NCBI GenBank assembly: GCA_033763455.1
Contig: JANRKO010000045.1
Span: forward strand, 83,213-147,212
DNA from: Polyangiaceae bacterium
Lineage (GTDB): Bacteria > Myxococcota_A > Polyangia > Polyangiales > Polyangiaceae
Length of the DNA stretch: 64,000 nucleotides
Direction: 5' to 3'
Under the pieces are notes generated by a model. It was not told the origin of the DNA and made no database searches. It saw only the letters and a list, made by a program, of their open reading frames with translations. The position numbers and the translations under genes were made by a program. Shown here piece by piece: positions 56,327 through 64,000 of this stretch. Each line of letters starts with the position of its first letter. Within the stretch, counting starts at the first letter, position 1.

Positions 56327-58320
56327 GCCTAGCTGCAGCGCCTCCGGGTACAGGAGAGGCAGCGCACCAGCATGGCGGACTGTTCGGAGAACGCACCGAA
56401 CTGGTGTTCAGCGTCGCCTGCGGCCTCTTCACAGGCATCGGTTGGTTGCTCGAAAAACGCGGCGCGGCCTCACCCATCTCGCTCGGTTTCTTCATAGCGG
56501 CGTATGTGCTTGGCTCCTGCTTCACGCTCAAGGAAGTGTTCGCCTCGCTCGTGGCGAAGAAGTTCCAAATAGATTTCCTAATGCTCTTGGCCGCCGCAGG
56601 CGCCGCCGTACTGGGCGAGTGGTTCGAAGGATCGCTGCTTCTATTTTTGTTCACCCTGGGGCATGCGCTTGAAGGGTTCGCCATGGGACGCGCCAAACTG
56701 GCAATCAGCACCCTTTCGAAGCTAGTTCCAGAAACAGCGCTCCGAGTGGATCCCGCGGGGGTCGAGAAAGAAATTCCAGTCGGCGAGCTACAGATCGGGG
56801 ATCACATCCTGGTTAAGCCGAACACAAGAATCCCGGCCGACGGCTTCATCCTTGAGGGATCAAGCAGCGTTAATCAGGCACCGATCACAGGCGAGAGCGT
56901 TCCCGTTGATAAGAGCCCTGCCCCTGAACCTGATCGCGCCGCCGCCAACCCGGGCGCTCTTGCGGCTGAGCACCGAGTCTTTGCCGGCACCATCAACGGC
57001 CCCGCCGTATTGATGGTGTTTGTCACCAAGATGGCCGGGGACAGCACTTTGGCCCGCGTCGTGAAGATGGTCGCGGAAGCCGAGACGCAGAAGTCGCCCA
57101 CGCAGCAATTCACCGACCGTTTCGAACGCACGTTTGTGCCGGTGATTCTGGGCATTGTTGGTATTCTGATGCTGGCGCCGTTCATTATTGATGAGCCCTT
57201 TGCAAAAAGCTTTTACCGAGCGCTAGCTGTGCTTGTAGCGGCTAGTCCGTGTGCGTTGGCCATCGCCACACCGAGCGCCGTGCTGGCTGGCGTCGCCCGC
57301 GCTGCACGGGGCGGCGTCCTCGTGAAAGGCGGCGCGCATCTTGAGTCTCTAGGCTTGGTGCGGGCCATAGCGTTCGATAAAACTGGCACGCTCACCGAAG
57401 GAAAGCCGCAGTTAACCGATGTTGTGACCACCCAAGGGACGACAGAAACAGAGCTCTTGCGCGTCGCGGTGGCGGTAGAAAGACAATCCGACCATCCGTT
57501 GGCCAGTGCCATTGTTGCCGGGGGCACAACGCGCCTGGCCGGCTCCGCCCCAACCCCTGATGCCAACGACGTTAACGCTATTGTTGGATTCGGCATCAGC
57601 GCTTCCGTCGAAGGAGCGCTGGTGCGCATCGGAAAGCCTGGGCTTTTCACCCAAAAGGCGCCCCTTCCGAAAGAGGTGGGAGAGGTCGCAGCCAAGCTCG
57701 AAGCCGAGGGGCGAACGATCATGGTAGTGAGCACAGGGGATAAATTTCTTGGCGTTCTCGGAGTGATGGATACTCCCCGCGAGAGCGCGCGCGAGGTCAT
57801 TGCGGAGCTTCATCGTCTCGGTATCGAGCAGACCATCATGCTGACGGGGGACAACCAGCGCGTGGCAGATTCAGTCGCAACACACGTTGGGATCCTCACA
57901 GCGCGGGGCAATCTGTTGCCCGAGCAGAAGGTGGCCGTGATCGATGAATTGGCGCAGTCCTCTAGCCGAGTGGCCATGGTCGGCGACGGGGTCAACGACG
58001 CGCCGGCCATGGCGAAAGCGACTGTTGGCATAGCGATGGGGGCTGGTGGATCGGACGTGGCGCTGGAGACTGCCGACGTTGCCCTGTTGGGGGACGACCT
58101 GCGAACCCTGCCCTTCGCTGTGGGGCTAAGCCGCGCCGCTCGAAGCATCATCCGTCAGAACCTGTGGGCGAGCCTTGGGATGGTCGCGTTTCTGATTCCG
58201 GCAACCATTTTCGGATTCGCCGGCATCGGAGTCGCTGTAGTATTGCACGAGGGCTCAACCTTACTTGTCGTCGCTAACGCGTTGAGGCTCTTGGCGTATA
58301 AAGAACGCGCTCGACCATGA
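56323..58320 (+). CDS. Heavy-metal P1B-type ATPase, P1B-4 signature
   Basis: TGES, SPC, DKTGT, HP, GDGVND, HEGST; no N-terminal CxxC metal-binding domain. Confidence 0.92.
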   Translation: MSLAAAPPGTGEAAHQHGGLFGERTELVFSVACGLFTGIGWLLEKRGAASPISLGFFIAAYVLGSCFTLKEVFASLVAKKFQIDFLMLLAAAGAAVLGEWFEGSLLLFLFTLGHALEGFAMGRAKLAISTLSKLVPETALRVDPAGVEKEIPVGELQIGDHILVKPNTRIPADGFILEGSSSVNQAPITGESVPVDKSPAPEPDRAAANPGALAAEHRVFAGTINGPAVLMVFVTKMAGDSTLARVVKMVAEAETQKSPTQQFTDRFERTFVPVILGIVGILMLAPFIIDEPFAKSFYRALAVLVAASPCALAIATPSAVLAGVARAARGGVLVKGGAHLESLGLVRAIAFDKTGTLTEGKPQLTDVVTTQGTTETELLRVAVAVERQSDHPLASAIVAGGTTRLAGSAPTPDANDVNAIVGFGISASVEGALVRIGKPGLFTQKAPLPKEVGEVAAKLEAEGRTIMVVSTGDKFLGVLGVMDTPRESAREVIAELHRLGIEQTIMLTGDNQRVADSVATHVGILTARGNLLPEQKVAVIDELAQSSSRVAMVGDGVNDAPAMAKATVGIAMGAGGSDVALETADVALLGDDLRTLPFAVGLSRAARSIIRQNLWASLGMVAFLIPATIFGFAGIGVAVVLHEGSTLLVVANALRLLAYKERARP

Positions 58321-58990
58321 CCAACGGCGACCGCAAGTACTGGGACAAACACGAAAAACTACGACCGCTCCATGTGGCTCCTCGGCCGGCCCATCCCTCG
58401 AATGGTCGAGCTAGCAGGTGAGGCCACGCGCGGACTTGAGCGCGTGCTTGAGGTGGCTGCGGGGACCGGCATCGTCACACCCGCGCTCGCCGCCGGCGCA
58501 AGAGAGGTCATCGCTACCGATTACTCCGCCGTGATGGTTGGCGCGCTCGAGCGCCGCGTGCGCGATGCTGGGGTGGCGAATGCACGATGCGAGCAGGCCG
58601 ATCTCTACGTCCTCCGGTTCGACGACGGGGCGTTCGATGCAGTGGTCGCAGCGAATGTCCTACACCTCGTGCCGGACCTGCCGGGGGCCCTCAGCGCGCT
58701 GCGCCGCGTAGTCAAACCTGGGCGGCCGCATCATCGTTCCGACGTTCTGCCACGACGAGACAGTGCTCTCGCGTGTCGTCTCGCGGGCGCTGGCTGCGAC
58801 CGGCTTTCCCGGCCACCGGCGCTTAACGGCGAAGTCGCTGCGGCAAGCGCTAGAAGAAGCGGGCGCTCGCGTAACGCGGACCGAGACGCTGCCGGGGATC
58901 ATCCCCATCTGCTATGTGGAGGGAATATTCGGGCGGGACAGCGAAACTCAATCATGCGCTCCCCCAGTCGAGGCTCCACCGCCCGCGTGA
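58317..58990 (+). pseudogene. Class I SAM-dependent methyltransferase with two frameshifts
   Basis: ATGA-coupled start MTNGDRKYWDKH; shift near A5 58354-58358 into NYDRSM..VLEVAAGTG..FDAVVAANVLH; shift at GGG 58720-58722 into GGRIIVPTFCH.. Confidence 0.7.
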
Positions 58991-59406
58991 ACGCCTCCTG
59001 CGCCTAAGGCTTCGCACGCCAACCATTGCCCCAGCTGACGTCGTTCCGCCTCTGAGGGCTGTGGACCTGATGGCGGCATTTGAGTATTGACCGCTGCGGG
59101 ACCGGCCGCGGCATGTTCATCAATGTGCTCCGCCATGGCGACGACGCTTTCCACGTCGTCAAAGTTCGTGCCTGCGGGGGCGTCCTTGCGTGCCGCTCCG
59201 GTCAACTGTGAACTGTGACAAGTCGTACAGTAAGTCGTCATGTAAGCGCGACCGAAAGATGCATACGTCGGCGCGGAGCTCGAGCGGCACACCGACGCGG
59301 TAGGCTTGCCTTTGACTGCGCCGTGGTGATCGCCTTCTTCATCCGAATGCGAACAGGCCGTCGCTAGCGGGAAAAAGAACCAGGCGTACCTTGCGATGTG
59401 CGGCAT
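58948..59406 (-). CDS. Small c-type cytochrome lipoprotein
   Basis: Lipobox ATAC, HSDEEGDHH, CTTCH, distal QMPP; likely start ATG 59406. Confidence 0.75.
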   Translation of the reverse strand: MPHIARYAWFFFPLATACSHSDEEGDHHGAVKGKPTASVCRSSSAPTYASFGRAYMTTYCTTCHSSQLTGAARKDAPAGTNFDDVESVVAMAEHIDEHAAAGPAAVNTQMPPSGPQPSEAERRQLGQWLACEALGAGGVHAGGGASTGGAHD

Positions 59407-60248
59407 GCAGAAGTGGGAACAACAGCTTCTGCGTGCCATCAATGCCTTCGGAACCTAAGCTGGTTTTATGAGCGAATCTTTCACCCGCCTCACCTCACCG
59501 GCACGGCGATCTTTCCCTACGCTCCAACTGGTCTTGCAATACGTTGAGTACCCGGAGGTCAGTTTGCGTGCTTCAACGCAAGAAGGCCATCACGGAGAAC
59601 GCCACGCGCTGAACTCAAGAAGAGCGTCGCAATCGCGACACCAACGAAGATGTCAGGCCAACGTGACCCCGATATCCCCACCACTGCCGCCGCGGCGATG
59701 ACGGAAATGTTGGCTATGATATCGTTTCGAGAACAGATCCAGCTTGACCGCATGTTGATGTCGTCTTGACGCCGCCTGAAAAGAAGCGCCAGGCAAGCCA
59801 CGTTCGCAGCGAGTGCAACTAACCCGATAGCGCCCATAGTTGGAGCATCGGGCACCACCTGGGTAACAGCATTGTAGATGGCCGTCGTGAGGACGCCTCC
59901 CCCCAGGAGTGCCATGAGCACACCTTTCGCTAGGGACGCCCTCGCGGTCCACGAGGGCCCAAGGTTAATGACGTACAAGCTTAGCCCGTACACGGCCGCG
60001 TCAGCGAACATGTCCAGAGAGTCGCCGAGGAGTGCCGTAGAGCGGGCCGAGAACTCGACCACGTGGAGTTGCCCCCCGGAAACCGGACACGTTAACTCGC
60101 TAACTTTCTGTACTCCGCGGGTGGGAGCATTCGCAAGGCCTTGTGAGGCCTGATGGTGTTGTAGTCGAGAAACCAGGCAGCGAGCTGCTCCAGGACTTGC
60201 TCTGCGGTGCCGAGCTTGTTGACGTAGACGTAGTCGCGTTTGAAGCTT

Positions 60249-60974
60249 TTAGGATTCAGCCATTCCGTTGCTCTGGGGCGAGTACGGTGGTGTGGTGCAC
60301 ATCACAAATCCAAGCCGCTCACCGAAGGCCACAGTGTCGTCCGCCGTGAAGACACCGCCGTTGTCGGAGAGCCATTCGATGGCGTGAGGCAGCTCTCGGA
60401 CGCGTGCGCCAAAGCGTGATTCAGCTGCGGCCAGCATCATGTCGCGGACGTGTTCGGCGTCGAGGTAGCCAATCGCTGCGACCCAGCTTATGGCTTCGCG
60501 GTCGCAGCAATCCAGGCAAAAAGCCACTTCTATGCGACGCCCATCCCACGCGCGGATGACAAACGTGTCCGTGCACCACCGCAAGTTTGGCAGGAGAGTA
60601 ATGACCCGCCCCTCGTGGCGCCGGCCAGGCTGGTTCCCCGTGCACCGTTCCAGCAGAAGCCCCTCCTGCTTCATCACGCGGTAGACGCGCTTGTGGTTGA
60701 CGCTGGTGCCTTTGCGTTGCAGCAGTGCCGTCACCCGGCGATAGCCGTAGGTGACCCGTTCATCGATAATTTCGCAAATTTGGCAAGCCAACTGCAAGTC
60801 TGCCTCGGCGCTCAAGCATGTACAGGGACCGCTTTGCTCGCCTTCAGCGACCTGGACGGGCTCTGCGCGCTGCGGCTCTTCACGGTTGCCGTCGGGCGCT
60901 TCTTGGGCGTTACGTCTTAACCGTGCATTCAGTTGCGACCGCGACACGCCCAGGGCTATCGCCACTCGCTTCAC
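60249..60974 (-). pseudogene. IS3-family OrfB DDE transposase, truncated by a frameshift
   Basis: YGYRRV, NHKRVYR, RWCTD, WLSDNG, SPQSNGMAES then stop; KSFKRDY..YNTIRPH continues in another frame. Confidence 0.85.
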
Positions 60975-61330
60975 TCGGCGGCCTTTCGTGGCAACCGCGA
61001 CGGCGAGATCAGTTTTTTTTCCACAGCGATTTCTAAAGCTTCGTTCAATATCTCGTTCTCTTCGGTCTTCTTGCCCAAAAGCCGCTGCAGTTCGCGAATC
61101 TTTGCCCGCGCCTGTTTCAGCTCCGATGCAGGCACCAGTTCTTCTCCAGATTTCAACCCAGTTAGCGCTCCCTACTCACGCAACTGCCGCCACCGAAACA
61201 GCAGGCTCGGGGCCACTCCATGCCGCCGAGCTACTGCCCCCATACTTTCGCCAACCCGATCCGCCTCGTCGAGAAGCGCGACTTTTTGCTCCAAACTGTA
61301 CTTCCGACGGTGTTCTTTTTTCTGTGCCAT
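60971..61330 (-). pseudogene. IS3-family OrfA with an internal stop
   Basis: MAQKKEHRRKYSLEQK..VARRHGVAPSLLFRWR, TAG at 61172-61174, then ..IRELQRLLGKKTEENEILNEA; A8 slippery run at 61013-61020. Confidence 0.8.
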
Positions 61331-61673
61331 CTGACTCCTCCGATTGTATCAAAGGTGTCCGGTTTTTCAGGGGGGCTACACCACCACGAACATTATCGCG
61401 TTGATAACAAGGACTGCCTTCAGGACGGTGCTTTGCCGTTCTTTAAGTTGGACAAGTGCTTCGGCCTTGCTCTCGCAACAATCCTTCATGACGTCTCACA
61501 GAACCCTCGCGGCAAATGCCCTCGGGATGTTGGTGTGTCGCATGGTCAGGATGGAGGTGAGGTCCTTCAAGCGCAAGGTCGCTTCCGAGCCCCAGCGTGG
61601 ACGGCAGTCACGCGATCGCCATCCCGTTTGTTGTGGCCTATAGCGGTGATTCGAGGTAGCCTTTTTCCTCCAC

Positions 61674-62099
61674 GTGACCCGTGACCCACAAAACCGACTA
61701 AAAGCAGGCTTCTTTCGCCTCTTGGCGCTAGTCCTAGCCTGTGCCCTTTGCTTTCATTTCGCACTGGGGAGCGGAGTGTCGTGCGTGGTTGCCGCGCTGG
61801 GCGAAGATGCCTGCGACACGCCCTGCGGAGCGAATCTGGAAACGAAATCTGCGCTCAGCGACCTCACCGAGCCGCTTGCGGAGGTCGGTGCACTCGGCGA
61901 GAAATCATCGACGGAATGCCCTTGTCCGTTCGATTGCTCGCTGGGCTGCGGCGCCCAAAGTCGAGCAGTGGCCTTCAAATCGCTGGGTCTTGAGGTGGTG
62001 CCATCGCCTTGTACGACGCTGCCTGAACACCTCGTCCGCCCAATGCCAGCTGCTGCAGAGCAGCATGGCATCATGCATGTTCCCAAGCGCACAGCGTAG
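61674..62099 (+). CDS. Exported Cys-rich hypothetical protein upstream of a metal efflux operon
   Basis: Hydrophobic N-terminus, CDTPC, CPCPFDCSLGC, C-terminal GIMHVPKR. Confidence 0.6.
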   Translation: MTRDPQNRLKAGFFRLLALVLACALCFHFALGSGVSCVVAALGEDACDTPCGANLETKSALSDLTEPLAEVGALGEKSSTECPCPFDCSLGCGAQSRAVAFKSLGLEVVPSPCTTLPEHLVRPMPAAAEQHGIMHVPKRTA

Positions 62100-62362
62100 C
62101 GAGCAGTCTGAACACTGGTCCGGCGCAACCAAGTCAACCGGTCCCGCACGACCCACGCAACATCGCCGATCTAAGCGGAACTGCTTCGACGCGACTGCGC
62201 CGACCCGACGCACGCTACCCTGCGGGACCCACAGCGCTCTACACGAAGACGAAGAGCAATACGCGCTCATTGTCGCTTGATTTGCCATTTTAAAAACGAA
62301 CAACAATCTGACACGTCATCTCCCCACCCCGGGCGATGGCTTCAATTCCTAGGAGACAGCCA

Positions 62363-62677
62363 ATGCGAAGTTTTGCTCTGTTTGTAGTAATCACACTATT
62401 CGCGGCCATGCCGCTTTCTTCCTGCGATAAGCCGACCAAGGAGACACCAAGTGCCGTCGCGGCGGTTCACGCAGCGGCGGATGTGAAACCCGGATCTCAC
62501 GAAGATTGGTGCGGGGAACACAAAGTTCCGGAGTCGCAATGCACGCAGTGCAATCCGTCGCTGATAGCGGCATTCAAGGCCACGAATGACTGGTGCCAGG
62601 AACATGGCCTGCCGGAATCTCAATGCCTGAAGTGCAACCCGGACATTAAGATTGTTCGCCCCGCAAAAGCCAATTGA
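62363..62677 (+). CDS. Small lipoprotein with two DWCxEHxxPESQCxxCNP motifs
   Basis: RBS AGGAG, ATG 62363, lipobox LSSC, DWCGEHKVPESQCTQCNP and DWCQEHGLPESQCLKCNP. Confidence 0.85.
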   Translation: MRSFALFVVITLFAAMPLSSCDKPTKETPSAVAAVHAAADVKPGSHEDWCGEHKVPESQCTQCNPSLIAAFKATNDWCQEHGLPESQCLKCNPDIKIVRPAKAN

Positions 62678-62689
62678 ACGGGAGAATCA

Positions 62690-64000
62690 ATGCGATCCCT
62701 CATCGTCTTGGCTTTGGCGGTTCTCGTAGCCGCCGCCGCAGGCTGTCAACGTTCATCCGAGGACACGGCACCGATCGCAAAAGTTGAGAAGCCTGTGGCG
62801 GCGACTCAAGAAAATGCGATGTGCGCGGAGCACGGGGTGCTTGAAGCGGTTTGCACGAAGTGCAACCCGAAGCTCATCCCGGTCTTTCAAGCCAAAGGCG
62901 ATTGGTGCCCCGAGCACGGTTTCCCGAAGTCCATTTGCCCCATCTGCCACCCTGAGCGTGCCGGCAAGCCTGAGATTGACGTGACCACCGACGGTGCACC
63001 CGCCGATGGCACCCGTATTCGACTGCAAGGCAAGGGAACGCCGACAACCGTGGGTATCGAAACGGTCGCCGCCGCTCTCCGACCGAGTGGAGCTGCGATA
63101 TCTGCGCCCGTGCGCATCGTGTATGACGCCACCAAGCTCGCCCTGATCAACGCTCGATCGCCAGGAGTTGTGTCCCAACTCCAGGTAGACCTGGGCAGCC
63201 AAGTAAAAAAGGGGGATGCCTTGCTTTCAATCGATAGCGCTGGCGTGGGTGCTGATCGTGCGCGTCTGTCCGCTGCGCAGGCGGGGGTACGCGTTGAGGA
63301 AGAGAATTTGCAACGCGAAAGCCAGTTGGAACGAGAGGGTGTCTCGTCACGCGCTAAGCGGCTCCAAGCGCAGCAAGCCCTGGACAGTGCAAAAGCTGAA
63401 GCAGATGCACTCTCCGCCTCGCTCTCAGTGATCGGGGCGCAAGGGCCGGGCAAAGGTGGATACACACTTCGCGCACCGCTCAGTGGTACCGTAACTCAAG
63501 TTCAGGTTAACATTGGTCGGTTTGTGGGAACCGAAGATATTCTTTTGGAAATCGTCGACACGAGTGGGGTGTGGGCCGAACTGGATGTTGCTGAATCTGA
63601 CCTGTCCGCAGTGAGGGTGGGTCACGTCGTGTCATTTGCCTTTGATAGCTTGGGCACGGCGGACCTCGGCGGCACCATCTCGTACGTCTCACCGGGAGTT
63701 GATCCCCACACGCGCACCGTGAAGGCGCGCGTTCCTTTACCAAATGCCAATGGGGCGTTACGCGCTAACCTCTATGGCCAGGCTCGTATTGCCGGTGAAG
63801 GTGGCAAAACAGCGGTTTCTGTACCGCGTGCCGCCGTGCAACGCGCCAAGGGCGTAGCGCTCGTGTTCGTTCGGTTAAACGCCAACGAGTATGAAACGCG
63901 CCGAGTTCAGTTGGGAGCGTCAACCGAGACTTCTTATGAAATCTTAAAGGGGGTGCAGGCAGGCGAGCACGTTGTCACCACGGGTGGGTTCCTACTTAAA
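62690..64000 (+). CDS. RND periplasmic adaptor lipoprotein with N-terminal Cys/His motifs (runs off the window; absent from the ORF track)
   Basis: RBS GGAG, ATG 62690; lipobox AAGC; MCAEHGVLEAVCTKCNP..DWCPEHGFPKSICPICHP; LGSQVKKGD, LRAPLSG, VDPHTRTVKAR, VVTTGGFLLK. Confidence 0.9.
   Translation, partial: MRSLIVLALAVLVAAAAGCQRSSEDTAPIAKVEKPVAATQENAMCAEHGVLEAVCTKCNPKLIPVFQAKGDWCPEHGFPKSICPICHPERAGKPEIDVTTDGAPADGTRIRLQGKGTPTTVGIETVAAALRPSGAAISAPVRIVYDATKLALINARSPGVVSQLQVDLGSQVKKGDALLSIDSAGVGADRARLSAAQAGVRVEEENLQRESQLEREGVSSRAKRLQAQQALDSAKAEADALSASLSVIGAQGPGKGGYTLRAPLSGTVTQVQVNIGRFVGTEDILLEIVDTSGVWAELDVAESDLSAVRVGHVVSFAFDSLGTADLGGTISYVSPGVDPHTRTVKARVPLPNANGALRANLYGQARIAGEGGKTAVSVPRAAVQRAKGVALVFVRLNANEYETRRVQLGASTETSYEILKGVQAGEHVVTTGGFLLK

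Larger units (their letters stand above)
60064..61383 (-). mobile_element. IS3-family (IS2-like) element, decayed
   Basis: TG..CA ends; IRs TGGAGTTGCCCCCCGGAAACCGGACAC / TGGTGTAGCCCCCCTGAAAAACCGGACAC; 5-bp TSD CCACG at 60059-60063 and 61384-61388. Confidence 0.92.
59559..61489 (-). pseudogene. Short CDF cation transporter (CzcD-like) split by an IS3-family element
   Basis: 5' part 61489-61384 MKDCCESK..VLVINAIMFV joins in frame to VEFSA..DSLDMFAD..WICSRNDIIAN..WPD (201 aa once the IS and one TSD are removed). Confidence 0.88.

Noticed and set aside
61490..62360. Metal-sensing riboswitch (NiCo/czcD) near the CDF and RND genes
   Set aside because: I could not find the conserved junction motifs by eye; an Rfam cmscan would settle it
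62935..62952. CPICH as a heme-c attachment site in the RND adaptor
   Set aside because: It aligns with the CxxCN end of the three sibling motifs, so it is more likely a variant of that metal motif

Overview
Bacterial DNA whose gene content points to a myxobacterium, probably Polyangiaceae-like (inference). The window has two halves. (1) 1-42071 is a dense array of seven CxxCH-type lipoprotein genes of the DUF1587/1595/1592/1588/1585 (PSD/PSCyt3) family. Six are directly followed by a Tat-signal DUF1552 (HXXSHH) gene; the seventh runs off the left edge and is missing from the ORF track. Between the pairs lie Gly/Ser-linker lipoproteins (ThuA-like, beta-helix, tandem CBM6-like, hydrolase-like, Cys-rich, BNR-like), a heme-c/copper type II monooxygenase and two ECF sigma factors. 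A shared promoter-like motif (A-tract, TAACCC-N16-SCACTC, start codon 6-8 nt downstream) precedes both sigma genes and one DUF1592 gene. The last lipoprotein gene is split by an IS66 that itself carries an IS256; both target-site duplications are intact. (2) From about 42860 there is an integrative element. A tmRNA-3'-like att core lies inside the 3' end of a tyrosine integrase gene, followed by xis, an XRE switch with paired operators and heavy-metal cargo. The cargo is a BlaI-family repressor plus M56-like protease heading czcCBA and a P1B-4 ATPase, a frameshifted methyltransferase, a CDF gene split by a decayed IS2-like element, and Cys/His-motif proteins leading into a second RND adaptor. 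Family calls come from motif recognition by eye; no database searches were run.
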